A stretch of 51,016 bases of DNA, taken from positions 1 through 51,016 of the forward strand of contig ADNK01001567.1 of NCBI GenBank assembly GCA_000320545.1. The letters are read 5' to 3'. This stretch comes from Bigelowiella natans CCMP2755. Its lineage: Eukaryota > Protista > Cercozoa. The notes under the pieces were generated by a model. It searched no databases. It saw nothing but the letters and a program-made list of their open reading frames with translations, and was not told where the DNA came from. Made by a program: the position numbers and the translations under genes. Shown here piece after piece: positions 11,789 through 25,698 of the stretch; position 1 is the first letter of the stretch, and every line of letters starts with the position of its first letter.

Positions 11789-14068
11789 TCATACTTTGTG
11801 GGCGAACGTGTCCCTGTTATGTGGCTGCTTCAAGTCTTCTAATACGCCTGGACCAGAGGGAATCACCGAGTAAGCGTTCAGGCTCGGATCTGCAGGAAAA
11901 ATCCCAACAAATTCATTCGAATCTTAACTCCAAAGCTTTTGGCACATTGGCCAGCGTGAAATTCAAAGCGAACGACAGAGCATCAGTATCTATGCTATTA
12001 CGGCTGGTGAAGTAGTGGCGCTTGATGTGCTCCATATCCACACTTTCGCCCAATCCAGGCGTCTAGAAAGGACAAATATAGTCAATTCCTCAACCAAAAA
12101 ACGTGTCGTTGGTTTGATTTCACCGGTCTCATTTTACGACAACGACAAATATCGTTGTAGTCTTATGCTGAACACCGTGGAAGTGTGTTGGCCCCTCCCC
12201 CCCCTTCCCAACTATATCGAAATAAGCCTCCTTCAAATACGAACGATCCCAAGACTGTCATTCGCTATCCAAACCCCGTTTTCTACACCGGGGGTGCTCT
12301 GCAACTTGTCGCAGGACAAGAACCACTAGCATACTTTCTTTTTGTTTTTAATGGCTGCATGACAGACCTGGAACAGATCCCGCATGTAGTTGGTGAGATG
12401 TGGGTAGGCTGAAATCGGTTTTTTATTGCACTTGAAATAGACGACATAAACCTGCAAGACAGCGGCGCAGACGATCGATGGTATGCATGAAACAAAGAGG
12501 AGACGAACGATGAGGATGGCGAAACGTAGAATAATGCAAAATGCAATCTCTGAGATCATTTAGTGGTCATTGGAACACAATAATGGCTTATTATCCCTCT
12601 CTTTCTGCTTCCTCTCCTCCTCCTCCTTCTTCTTCTTCTTCTTCTTCAGATGATGGTGTGCTAGGTACTACCTCATCAAACCGCACTAATGTCATGAAGA
12701 GTCTCACATCTGCTTCTGTCAGGCGGTTCCCACAGAGATATCTGCAAGTAACAGGGGCAAAGCAGATGATGAGAAAAACAAACCCCTCACTTGTTGGTAA
12801 GATACCGGTGTTTATTTTCGTTACATATTCAATCCCCCCCTGCCCCCTCCTCCCTCACCAGGCCCCTTGTTTGCTCATGTCGTGGGCGGGAAGGAGGATT
12901 CTCTCTGGGATTATTTTTAAAAATGATCTCGTGTTGGCCTTACCTTTGCTTCGAGAGGATCTCTTCCGCCTTGTCTAGATGCTTGTAGAGGTTTTTCACC
13001 GCCTCATCGTAAGCAGCCTAGAGAGAGGGGGGGAGAGGGAGAGAGAGGGTTCCGCATGCAGATGTGTGAAATTAGCAATTTGGTGGGAATATCACGCATA
13101 CCAGCCACCTTCGACTGACTACAAGAAGGAAGAAGGACTGATTATCACCAACTACAGTAGTTGATTTTCCCTCTTAATCCCTCCCCCTCTGGTTGAAACA
13201 CGTTATCCCCCAAGATTCCACTTATTCGAGCTACTAGCATGATCGGTCTTGTAGAGCATAGTGACCGCCATTTGCCGTTGCCGTCACCAAGGCTATCATT
13301 TACCTGCGACTTTGCGAACCCGCACTTGTACACGCCGTTGTTGATGTTGTCGTACACCCACGAATTTATTTCCTGGAAGGCGATTCAGAGCACGATTTCA
13401 GGGAGACTATCACCAGCCACCAGCGAGCACCACCTCCATGCGAACTTACTTCGATTTCTGACACAAAATCCTCAGGGTAAAGGCGCGGCGTGGCAGACTC
13501 TCCTGGACCTTCAAACTGGCTGAATTCTTATGCCCCAAACGCCGCAGTAGTTTCGCGCATGAAAAGATGTACACATCTTGTTAAATAAAAACTGCCATTG
13601 CACAGCAACACGGAGCTTCGGATATATACTACTACTACCAGAATCGATCATCCGAAGTATTTCCTCAGATTCGTTGTTTACGATTGTGCCCTCCTCCTTA
13701 TCCCAAAGCACTGGCCTAGTATACAGGTCAACGGAAAGATTTTGTGTGGATCATTTTGGGGGAGGGGGAAGGCAGGGAGGAGTTGTGTAGGGAAACGAGG
13801 TTTCGTAACTCTTTCACTTTGGTGAAAAAGTAGGCAACGAGATGTTAAAAAAAATTACACTGAAAACTTTGGGCCAGGGTCTCCATCCCCTCTCCCAGAA
13901 GCCTTGTTCGCCTAGAATGATGACATGGCCGAAGAGGATGAAGGAGCCGCAGAAGACGACATATATCTTAGAATATCATCATACCACTACTACTACTACT
14001 ACCACTACTACAACATGTGTATCATGTGAATTAATTCCTCTTTGGTATAGTTTTCACCCCTCCCCCCC

Positions 14069-14118
<50 letters not shown>

Positions 14119-14742
14119 TTCTCTCCCTTTCTCTCTCTCACCACGGCTGCTATCTCATACAGCTCGCGAACAGTCTTTGCTCCATTAACAGTGTCAGGTA
14201 CGCATCTAAGCGAAGGGCAGCAGCAATTGCAGACTAAATGAGAGAAACAACTAATTACTAAGAATAGTAGCCCCTCCCCAGATCTCCGGCCTCAGTAGAC
14301 ACTGTTTCTTTATTTTTTTCTTCCTGTCTTCTTCTTTCTTCCATCGTTCTCTTCTTCCTCTTCATAGAGCACAAACCAACCCCTTGCAATCGATAGCTCC
14401 GACTCCTGATACCGGCACTACCGGGGCGTCATCCGGATCTCGAAATGTCCATCCTATGTGCTTGTCTTTGCCAGGAGCCCTTGAAAGAAAATGAAGGCGT
14501 TGGTGGTGATAGAGAACAACGGTTATAAATGTCGTGATGATGGTGAGATGACGAAAAGTTCCACAGAGATGACGATGACAACGAATGAAACAAACAACAT
14601 CGTATCACGATGATGTGGTGTTGATTCTCGTTGTGCAAGTGCAGAGGTGAATAATTTACTACTATGCCTATCGAATATGGAGATCGGAACACCCCCTTTC
14701 CCCACACACTGGAAAGAGAGAAATATATGGATAAATAGAGAA

Positions 14743-14785
<43 letters not shown>

Positions 14786-15632
14786 CTTAGTTTAAAAGTA
14801 CGTTTCCTGCCATGTTGGGTGGACAACAGACATACCGATGACCTGTGGTAAAGCACAGCAAGATTTGAGCGATCATCAGAACGTCACACCACCACCCTCC
14901 CACACGCTCTCCCTCTATTCATAAGCGCCAAAAGAATGGTAGAAGAATCAGCACGCACTGGTTCATGGCTAGTCAACCTTCTCAAGTCTTTTCATCCTTA
15001 TTGCAGCGTGGCATCGATTGGCCCACGGGCAGCCATGGCTGCGGTCAGGAATATGTTGCGTTGTTGGTAGCGAGCGTTGGAAATGTATCATTTCTTTAAT
15101 TTATTGTATTTACGTACATCCGCATATGATGCATGCATACGTGTGTGATAACCTGATATATAAGTGATATCGTCCCTTCGCTGGCGGGAACCGAGCCCCC
15201 TCCTCCCTGGATATTTTGTTGCGGAAGAGCGACGGCGTTCGCACAAATTTTCCGCTGCTGTCGGTTTCCGCAAGAGAATCTTTAGCTTCAGCAAAACCTG
15301 GTAATTATACCTTCTGACGACTGCTGATTTCCAGGATTTCTCTCGCTACAAAAGATAATCATTGCGATTTGAACGACGACACTACCTCGAATCGTTTTAG
15401 CCCTAATTGCGCAAGCGCCCTTAAGACTGCTTGAAGTGGTAGGAAGGAGCACGGCTGCAAGGCGCGCCTTGTGAATGAGTGGTCGGTTCTTAACCGAGCT
15501 AGCACCGAGAAACGCCGCCGAGAACATGGTTAGGAGTACCAAGCCAGCTGTGACGCGACAGACGACCCTCGAATTGCAACAACTTGTAGATGTGCCTGTT
15601 GTTGTCACACACATGTTCAAGTGACCGTTCAT
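11789..15632 (-). CDS. Glutathionyl-hydroquinone reductase / Xi-class GST (ECM4/YqjG family) with a putative bipartite plastid-targeting leader
   Basis: Exons [158 protein letters not shown]|[17 protein letters not shown]. Exon 1 has a hydrophobic stretch ([18 protein letters not shown]) followed by a Ser/Arg/Lys-rich, acid-free region. Confidence 0.95.
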
Positions 15633-16151
15633 TTTTGTCGGGATGACCAAAAGGTTTTCCTTCGTTCTCAAATCCCTTCCTTTCCCCCACCATCGCCGTC
15701 GTCCACACCTCCTCCGAAAGATCGCATCTGGCGCCGCTTTTCGCGGTCCATTTCGACGATGGCAATATCATGGCTAAAATTGACTTGCGACAGCCTCATT
15801 TCAATGTTTCCGGTGTAAATTCGATCCTTCGCGATGTCGGAAGCCAAAAAGCCTTGACACGGATTGGAAGCAGCACGCGGTTCAGGCGTGCAACATCTTG
15901 CGACATGAAAGATTTATTGGCGTTACTTTGCAGTCGTCTGTGGATTTGTCGCTTGGCATAAATTCACTGGATTTTTGTCTAAAATGAGGTACGTGGATTG
16001 GTCGCTGCTATCATGTCGAGTATGTCTTCTAAAGTACGATTATTATCGACGTCTTACCCAACCCAACCGGCGTTTGGTGTTGACTTGGAGCGTGGCGTTC
16101 TATTGCTGACAGAGAAGAGCATGCCCGCTATTTTTTGAAGATCCTAGTGTA

Positions 16152-16700
16152 ATGCAGGCTCAGTCGTTGTCTCGGATCGCCGATTTTCTCGCTTTGCAGA
16201 TACGTCGTGCATTCAGCACTAAGACTGCAGTACCGGAAGAATGGTCAGAGGGCAAACGCATGCCTTCTATGTGGGGGCCTTATGGTCTATCCTCGTGGTG
16301 TATCTCTGTGCTTGGATTGTGGATTTTGGCCTCAAAAAAAGGCATCCAGGCATTTGGTCAACAATTCTTCATAATAGACGCCATTCTGTTGATGAATCAA
16401 GGTGTCGCAAGTTGGGGTGCTGATGTACTGACTTTCGGTTTCAGTTCCTGGTGGAAGCCCGTGGATCGAATTCACGCTGTTTGCCTTTTCATCTGGCTCG
16501 CACTAAAACCTGTATTGATTTCAATGTCGCTCCTACAGATGCTGATTTACATTGTCATCGGAATGGTCGCTCTGGCATGTAAGTATCAGTCCGAGAGATC
16601 CATTTCGAAGCGTTGCTGGCAGTCATTCCTATTCTGGCACACTGCGTGGCACGTTGTTCCTCCTGCTTCGCTCATTGTTTGGGCCATAATTCTGAGATGA
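16152..16700 (+). CDS. Multi-pass membrane protein, CREST-superfamily-like (alkaline ceramidase/PAQR/Per1-like); 5' end uncertain
   Basis: 182-aa open exon with about 5-6 hydrophobic segments, QGVASWGAD, WKPVDRIHA and a C-terminal FWHTAWH (HxxxH). Confidence 0.6.
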   Translation: MQAQSLSRIADFLALQIRRAFSTKTAVPEEWSEGKRMPSMWGPYGLSSWCISVLGLWILASKKGIQAFGQQFFIIDAILLMNQGVASWGADVLTFGFSSWWKPVDRIHAVCLFIWLALKPVLISMSLLQMLIYIVIGMVALACKYQSERSISKRCWQSFLFWHTAWHVVPPASLIVWAIILR

Positions 16701-17300
16701 AACTACACAGTGACAGCATTCAAGAGTTCATGGAACTGAAACGAAAAAGTGACTTTTGTGTCTTTAGTAAATGCTGCTGCTTACCAATGGTTGTAAGACA
16801 GTAATGATGTCGAGAAAAAGTTGCGTATCGATTATGTATAATGCGCGACATATATCAAATGTGCGGGCTATCTAGCTATAGCAACGGCGTCCGTCTGCAT
16901 TGTCTAGATGTTGTACACCGCGCACAGTTATGTACGTAGAGACTCCATGCCACACATCACATGATTGCTAGTCTTGGACACCGCCCTTGCATTACATGCG
17001 ATGCCGACTGCGCGGATCGATCGACATGACATGCACACACAGAAATGCGGTGTGTTAAGAGGTTGCATGTAGTTGCGTTATGAGCTATTCTACGGAAACA
17101 TGAACATATTGGCCTATATTATTTGATATGGCGCTAATTGCCGAGGTGCATCAAGTGCGTAATTATACACTGAATACTGAATTAAATGACTACAAATAAA
17201 CGTTGAGCTAGAATATAACACCAGCACATACTAATTCCAGTTACACACATCGATTGGAGGGCCGTCACGACTGATCGATTCCAAAGGAATGCTCCTTCGA

Positions 17301-18491
17301 TCAGGCCTCCTGCTGCTTCTTATCATCGACTCCATCCTTTTCCTCCTCCAGTCGTCGCTGAGATGATGACTCGCCCGACAGCTTGTCATCTGATCCCTCA
17401 TCTTGATCAAAACCGGTTACTTCGAATTCAAGATCCTCTCCATTTTGTGCGACCTAGGTGGAGGTGATTAGTTCATGTGTGTTGTTCATGCTACTTACTT
17501 TCTGGAGATTGTGTTGTTATGTTATTCTCCTATAATAATGGTGATCTGCCAAAATCCAAATCCCTCCCTCAAATATTTGAATCAAGGAATTCAAATAATC
17601 TAGATGATGTCTGTTGAGACTAACGCTCTTTGTAATATTATTCTTGCAACACTTCTCTATCTCCGTTCTATAACCCCCGATCTAAGAACTGAGATAATCC
17701 ATGCTTTCATTTGCCCCGTCTAACTTTTATAGAATATGCGAAAGCACAGATTTCACTCAGCAGGATGATGCGTGCAAAACCACCTTGACTCTAACGTGGT
17801 CGCCGTCGCGGATCTTTCTGTCAAGGATCTCTACCGAGAACGGGTTCAACAACTGTGGCAACAACAACGAAAACAACAAATCTTTACAAAGACATCCTGA
17901 GACTGATTGTCCCAAACATGCAACAAATATTGTGCCCCGGTCAGTTTGAGGCCAGAGATAACAAAATCAATCAATCAATCAGCATCATCATCATTATTAT
18001 GATCTCCATCCTCATGAACACCGCCCAAATGTTACCTTTCGCTGCACGACACGTTTGAGTGGCCTCGCTCCGTATCTTGTATCGTAGCCTTCACTCGCCA
18101 CCATGTCAATCGCTGCCTCGTCCATATCAAGTGTGATGCGCTTTTCCGTTAGCAGCTCCCGTAGTTGCGACAATTGAATGTCCACAATCGGCCGCATGTG
18201 CTCTCGGCTAAGGAAGGGCGGATCGCACAATCACGTCAAATATATAATGATCATAGCCGACAAAGAACGTGAGAATGCTTCTCAGATCAAGTCACAGAGG
18301 AGTGAGGGTAGAATCGTTGGAAAGAAGCATGATTATCGATGGGGGGGAGGAGGAGGAGGAGGAGGAGGAGGAGGAGGAGATATATAACTTTAACTACCCC
18401 AGCCGGTTGAAAACGACAATTTCGTCAATTCTATTCACAAACTCTGGGAGGAAATGCTGCCGAACGGCCATCATCGATAGATTTTCGACCT

Positions 18492-18550
<59 letters not shown>

Positions 18551-18604
18551 TTATTACCATATTGTGTCTGTGCCTGTGTGTGTATCTGTGTGTGTGTGTT
18601 ACAT

Positions 18605-18676
<72 letters not shown>

Positions 18677-19291
18677 CTTCGAGGTCGCCTCCTCTTCCCC
18701 CTTGTGCCTATTTGTCTAATCGCGTCTTCCTCCCCCTCCCCACCACCTGCTCTCTCGGCTGGTCGGCATCGAAATCAAGAGCGCCGGATCCAAGGTTGGA
18801 GGTCATTATGATGAGGGTGTTTCTGAAGTCAACTCGCCGTCCTTGTGCATCTGCAATTGTACCATCCCCATTGGATCAATCGATAGATCTCATTTAAGAA
18901 GTGCGTGGAGTACTTACACAGGCAGGTTGCATCAATGATGAAAGATATACCATCAACGAACAAAGGCCGTTTGTGTTGGTTAAAAGGAGTTGGTTCGTCA
19001 ATTTCCACTGCATGCATAGATATGAAGGTGCTGCTAGACTTACAAATACGATAGACTAGCAGCTACTTACTCTGCTACTTTTTTCTCACTACCGGTAAGA
19101 TGGCCTTCATCAAAAACTTGCAGAAGGACGTTGTAGATCTCTTTGTGCGCCTTCTCTGTCTCATCGAGTAAGAGCACCTGTTCCAACCACAAGATGTATG
19201 CACACAAATTCAGGCGAAAAGATGCTGGTGACGACGTGTATATACTCCCACATAATGCATCTCCCATGGTAAATAGCCACGGAAATAGCAG

Positions 19292-19325
<34 letters not shown>

Positions 19326-19532
19326 ACCTGATAAGGACGCCGACGAACAGACTCTGTCAACATGCCGCCTTCTTCATACCTGGTGAATAGGAAGGGCTTA
19401 GTTAACATAGTCGTGACAATGACGACGACGACGACGACGATGATGATGGTGATGATGAGATTGATCGTGTTCTTAAAGCCGTTAAACTCCCATGATAAAG
19501 GATTCTTCCTCTCTTACTGAATTTCTAAATCA

Positions 19533-19569
<37 letters not shown>

Positions 19570-19787
19570 ATCAACGTTTTATTAATTCATCATCATAATC
19601 ATCTTCTTCTTCTTCTTCTCCTGCTGTAGCAGCACCCGACATATCCAGGGGGGGCACCGATCAAGCGCGACACGGAATGCCTCTCAGAATACTCGCTCAT
19701 ATCAATTCTGAAAGAAAACCAAGGTCAGTAAGTTGCGCGCGGATAAGGTAACACTACCCACAGGCTCACAGGATGAAAAGGATGATT

Positions 19788-19823
<36 letters not shown>

Positions 19824-22800
19824 GTAAATAAAAAGATGAAATGACAGAGGATGGTAATACACCGCGTATGCAGTAGGAAAGACCGGTTTGAAACGAAAAG
19901 CTGTATTCGGAGAAGCGACTCCTCGTCACACTCACAACACACCAAACACCACGAATACCTTGTCATGGCTGTTTCATCGTCAAACATGAACTCTGCCAGC
20001 GCCTTGGTAAGCTCGGTCTTCCCAACGCCGCTGGGCCCGAGGAGAAGGAATGTGCCTATCGGTTTCTTATGCTGGTGCAAGCCTGTATTGATGGTGCGTT
20101 CGAATCATCGAGTCGAGAACCACGGGGAGGGAGTGGAATAGAGCAGAAGGGAGGAGGAAGAGAAAATATTGGAGATTAGAATTGCGTTTCGAATACTGAT
20201 TATTCCCAATAATACGGCAACTTGTACATTGGTAGCTCGACGACTCTGGGCTGCTGGCACCTTATCATTCACTCTTTCCTCCTTTCACTCGCTTCTCCTA
20301 ACACTAGTCTACTTTTAGCTACTTCCACTACTACTACTGCTACTATACTACCCGCACGTGAGATTCTAACAGCATTGGCGATTGCCTCGAGGGCATGCGG
20401 CTGCCCAACTACACGCTTTCCAAGTTCATCTTCCATATGTAAAAGTTTCTGGTGATGGGAGGAGGGGGAGGGTAGGAGGAGCAACAATAGGGAAGGAAAT
20501 AGGAATTTCACGTTTAATGTGATACGTGCGGGACATCCTTTTCAGATCCACACAAACACGTGATGTAATGATGATTTGGCATTGAAAGGACCTGCCTCTC
20601 CCGCATGAGGAGCTTAGAAATTGGCACGCCTGTGTGTCGCGCGACTACTGCTGCGATGTCATTTTCGGTTACAGCCTCCGGCACCATTACCTGTTGATGA
20701 TGAGAATATATTTTATAAAATATTCGTGAGAAATCGTGGCAGCATTGTGGAGAATACATGCAATATGTTAGGAATCTACACATATACGCGGTCATACGCA
20801 TGAACACGTTCCTAGACACAGTGTACCTGCGCCTTTAGTAGATCCTCTTCGCCGTTGTCATCAGTCGGACTATCGTCGTCGCTGCGAGCAGCACTATTAT
20901 CTCCGAGCCTCTTAGCCTTCGCTTCGGCGTCTCTAACCTTGGCTTGCTCCATGCGGCGTTCAAGCTCTGGAATCTCGTGGAATTTGATTTGAGAGGCCTT
21001 CTCATAGCGCCCCTCTTTCGTGGTACGATCCAGCTCCAGCCGTAGCTCCTCATACTTCTCCTGAAGCTCCTTCAGCTCATTGCGCTTCTTCTTCTCAGCG
21101 CCCCAGAGCTCAATTAGCACGTTGGCCTCCTCCTGCTTCTCCCTCAGCAGGTCTTGGATCTTCTCTAGCCGTTTCTTGGCCAAACTGTCGCTCTCAGACT
21201 TGAGAGCTTCCTGCTCTATCCTAAGCGTGAGAATTTCGCGTTCAAGCGCAGCGATAGCATCGGGCTTGCTCTCCTGCTGCATGCGGAGACGGCTGCTGGC
21301 CTCGTCGAGAAGATCGATCGCTTTATCGGGAAGCTTGCGGTCAGTCAGATACCGCTTAGCCATTTGGCATGCAGCGACAACCTGCCGAGATTGGGAGGAA
21401 ATTCTCTCACCAGGAAATAATGCGGCGTGTTTTTCAATTTCGGTAGTAGAAGGCGGGATAGAGGGGAGCAAAAAGAGGGGTAAAACGGGGAGGATGTACT
21501 GCTATCATCTGAACGCTTCGCATCACCATCACTACCACCACCACTACTAACTACTAGTACCACTATTAGTTACTAAACTGCTTCTACCGCTGAGTCTTGT
21601 ATCTTGACACCGTGGTGCAGCTCATAGCGGTCCTTAAGACCGCGAATAATCGAAATAGCATCGCGTAATGTCGGCTCGGCCACATACACACTTTGGAAGC
21701 GGCGAGCCAGTGCGCCATCCTTCTCAATATGCTGACGGTATTCGTTAAGAGTGGTTGCTCCCATAAAATGCAGCTCCCCGCGTGCTAGTGCAGGCTTGAT
21801 CATATTGGAAGCATCCATCGAGCCGCCGACGGCACCCGCGCCTACCAGCGTGTGCAGTTCATCAACAAATAGAATCACGTTGCCGTCCTTCTCGACATCA
21901 CGAAGAACGCCTTTAAATCTGTAGCACATAATGGACAATGTGTGACAATCAGGATTCAAGTTTTAGAATAGCTTCGAAAATTAGACTCAATCGATGGCTC
22001 TGCTGCGATACTAATAAGCACTATGGGTCGTTTAGCTCTTCTATTCCTCGGTCAAGATTTTTGTCTAAGTGCCCTTCCCTGTTTCGACTGTTCCTGTTTA
22101 CTACCTCTCCTCAAACTCTCCACGATGTGAGGCTCCAGCTATTAGCAACCCCAAATCCAGCGAGAGAACCCTTTTGCCTCTGATCGTGTCTGGCACCTCA
22201 CTGTCAATGATACGCCTGGCAAGGCCTTCCACAATAGCAGTCTTGCCCACACCCGGTTCCCCAATCAACACCGGGTTATTCTTGGTTCTTCGAGACAAAA
22301 TTTCTATTGCTCGCCTTGTTTCCGTGTGCCTAATAGCAATTATCATTTGTAGCGATATGTGAGGATATATAGACGGCGCTATTTAAGACTTTTCAAAGCA
22401 AAACTACGATGTAAACTCCTATTTACCGGCCGATAACAGGGTCCAACTTCCCGTCCTTGGCCATTTGTGTGAGATCTACAGTGTATTTCTTGAGGTTTTC
22501 CCCTTCAGGTAGGGCTTTTGGATCCACCCAAGTCCTCCCACCCGGTTGGCTGGAAAACGGACGTGCACTCAGGATCCAATTTAAAAAGGGAGCTCCGCGC
22601 ATCATCTTTTGGTTCTGTTGTGTAAGTGCCCCTAGGAATCCTCGAGAGAATAGCCCGACGTCATGCTATAATTACGACAAGTCTTGGGATAAGTGAATTT
22701 TCATCAAATGACATCATTCGCTTTACCTTTACTGAAGTTGATTGCTGGCATGCTGAAGCTAAGTGCCTGTGATTTTTTGTCCCATGTACACGAGAGGCTG

Positions 22801-22849
22801 TGAGAAGCGACGTTCTCGATCGAAAAACTCGGCGAGCAGCTGCAAGCAT
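17301..22849 (-). CDS. HSP78: Mitochondrial-type ClpB/Hsp78 AAA+ disaggregase
   Basis: Arg/Ser-rich presequence [20 protein letters not shown]; no ClpB N-domain ([35 protein letters not shown]). NBD1 motifs [24 protein letters not shown]; M-domain [25 protein letters not shown]-like segment ([28 protein letters not shown]); NBD2 motifs [45 protein letters not shown]. Stop TGA at 17301-17303. Confidence 0.95.
18492..18672. repeat. Compound intronic microsatellite (CA)n(TA)n...(CT)n(GT)n, representative of dozens in the window
   Basis: Read directly from the sequence. Similar arrays occur at about 245, 1070, 5741 (TAG)n, 9280, 14070, 26660, 35710, 39630, 44165, 47430 and 49490. Confidence 0.95.
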
Positions 22850-23519
22850 CCTTGAGCTTCCCTGTCCGTCTTCGAGATACAGACATAATGAATTCAGTTA
22901 GAAAATTCCACTTTTATTCCTACGGAGGGGAGTCGGGGGGGGGGTGGTGGGTAGGTAAGTTCCTCTCACCTCCTATCCGAATGGGCGTGAGTGCCTTCCG
23001 GGAGTGGAGTTCAATTTTGAGACTTGGCCAGGTACAAATTGCGAGGAGATGGTAAAAAGCACATAATATTTTACTATGCGACATGCATAAATCGACGTCG
23101 CAATGTGTAATCGCAAACGACACGATAAAGCGCAAAATACGCTGAAAAAAGTCTGCTCTGGCACCTTTCTCCTTGCGGAAGTGAGCGAGTGCTTTGTGGT
23201 ACGGACTCCAAGATTTTTAGGTTCCGGAATACTTCTCGAAGCCACTAGAAAGATTTTGCATTCTTGTTGTTTAAAGTTGTGGCAACATAATTGGATTGTC
23301 GCATTCCAAAATCCATATGTTTCTCTGCACTAAAAGCGATCTAGATTTCGGGATCGAATTCTCGACACGCGTCAGGAAAACAAGGGCTAATCTCCGGAGA
23401 ATCTCCCTCAAATAGAATTAAATGAGAATTGAATAATTTCAGAACTTTCCGGGAAGAACAGAAGACCTTTCTCCTCCTCCTCGGAACAACACAATTCAAG
23501 GTTGAAGGATTAGATCTAC
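22850..23519. promoter_or_regulatory. Putative bidirectional promoter between Hsp78 (-) and the PhyH-like gene (+)
   Basis: 670-bp spacer between two divergent start codons; A/T-tract-rich with no long microsatellite. Function is inferred from position only. Confidence 0.55.
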
Positions 23520-24965
23520 ATGAGTGCCTCGAAGCAAGTGCGTGACGCCCGGCAGGGAGGCGAGAGGATACAGAAGCTAAAGAAGGAAGAACACAATCTC
23601 AAGAAGATTGAGCATTGTGGGGAAGGAAAAAATGACGGAAAATCTATCACAGAGGGAAGCAACGCCCGAAAGTCCAGAAGAAAGAATCAGCACCGTCCAA
23701 GCCGTGAAAGTGGTGAAAATGTTGATGAAAAAGTAACAGGAGCCCATAAAAGGAGTCCTCCGATCTCAGGTGACGCAGTGTTTTTAGAAATATAAAACAC
23801 AATCGTCGTTTTGCTACACCGCTTTAGTTTTGGAATTAACGAATTCTTTATTAGAGGAGTTATTGGAGGCGATTAGCTGCGATATAGAAAACGTGGAACA
23901 AGCCCCAAAAATCGTGAAGGAATTCGGAGTTTGCGTGATAAAAAACGTGGCTGATAAAAGCGAGGTTTGTCTTCATAGACGTTATTCCATGGTTATGTTC
24001 CCGTTGCTTGACTCCTCCCAAAACATTGAAAACAGGTAGCCGAAGCTGTTTCACTTTTTTGGAAGTGGATTCGATCAACAGGCTTACCCATAAACAAAGA
24101 TGATGCTGGAACGATGGCCAATTCACATTGGAAGAAGCTAGGATTTGCAAGAACTGGGGTGATGACCAGATATCACGTGGGACAGAGCGACTTTCTCTGG
24201 TACTGCCGCCAGCTCCCAGGGGTCCAAAAGCTTTTTTCAGAGCTATGGGGCACAGACGAACTCATTACGAGCTTTGATGGGTGCGGCGCGATGCGCAACC
24301 CTTTCTTCCAGACACCTAGTGGCAAAGGAAGGGAAGACTGGTGTACATCTGGCGGGTGGTATCATCTAGATCAGAACGGGTTGGCAGATCCCGGCTTCGA
24401 GCTTTGGCAGGGCCTGCTAAACCTCTTTCCTGCGACTCCTCTAACGGGGAGCACGGTGGTTGTACCGCAGTCGCACCGACAGCAGTTCACGAAAATCTTT
24501 CGGAATCGATATCACCGGAAAAGCACGCGGGCCTTTGTCATGTTAAATAAGCCCGGGGACTACGAGGCTTACTGCGCCACAAACTGCCAGTTACGACTGG
24601 ATCCTGGAGACTTCGTGATATGGGACTCAAGAACGGTGCATTGTAGCCAGGGTATGGACAGAAGGTACCTCGACGCCGACACCCTTAAAGAGAACGCAAC
24701 GGATTTAGATCGGAAAATATTTGACTCCTCCGAGCCTCTCTCTCGCTTAGTGGCCTACGTGTGTATGGTGCCGAAGAAGCGGTTGTGTGATCATGACAAA
24801 TGCTCTGCTCTCCGAATTGAAGCAGTGAAGGAGGGTTTGACGCTATCGCATCATCCAATAGTCCGGAAATTAGCCATTCGCTCGAGGGAGGCCATGGCGT
24901 CGAAAAGCACACACCGGTACAAACCCCCGAAAGGAACCTCAAAAGCCTGGGACCTTGTTTCGTGA
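23520..24965 (+). CDS. Phytanoyl-CoA dioxygenase (PhyH)-like 2OG-Fe(II) dioxygenase
   Basis: Lys/Glu-rich exon 1, then KEFGVCVIKNV, then FWKWIRST..GVMTRYHVGQSDFLWYCR..LFSELWGTDELITSFDG, HxD motif WYHLDQN, QGLLNL, distal His in GDFVIWDSRTVH, and RLVAYVCMVP. Two short introns at the 5' end. Confidence 0.9.
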
Positions 24966-25698
24966 TCAACGTCGAGACGATCAACTCAACACAGGGACGG
25001 AAATTGCATTTCTTTATAGCAACAACCGCACGCGATGTAGCTAGCGATAAATCGCAGTCAGTCTAAACAATAAAGAAAAATAATTTTAGCAAAATAAAAA
25101 AAGAATATCTGTTTGAAGATTAAGCCTAAGATATATCAACTTGTCATGTGAAATAGAAAAATATCATTTGAACAGTATTTCAACCCTTTATTCACCTTAT
25201 TGTTGCCCCAGCTGCTGTTCAATGCATCAAGTGATTCGAGTTCAATGCTTCATAAAAACTTTCATTCTCCATATTGTCTACAGATGTGCATGCATGCTCG
25301 TGTGTGTGTATTTGCAAGCGCAATGTCTTTGTGGCGCCGTCATATCGCACGATGAGGCATCGATTGATAGATAACCAAGATGGGCAACTGTCTTTATATG
25401 CTGATTGCCATGCATGAAAATCTAAAAATGTAAGTTATTTTCATCACTACCATTCAGCTATAGCTAAAGTTATCACAAGGCTATCAATCATCATAGCAGC
25501 AATAACACATTACATTTTGATAGCATAACAACTTGCATGGGTAGATCATTAATATCGAGTCTATCCCTTGTTCAATATAGCGAAATGGCTTTTATTTTTG
25601 CATGCACTCCGCTTATATTGGAATAATTTTCCGTTGCTCTCCAACATATCTCCTTCATACAACTGCTGCATGGGTTGTCTTTGCTGCACATACCAGTG

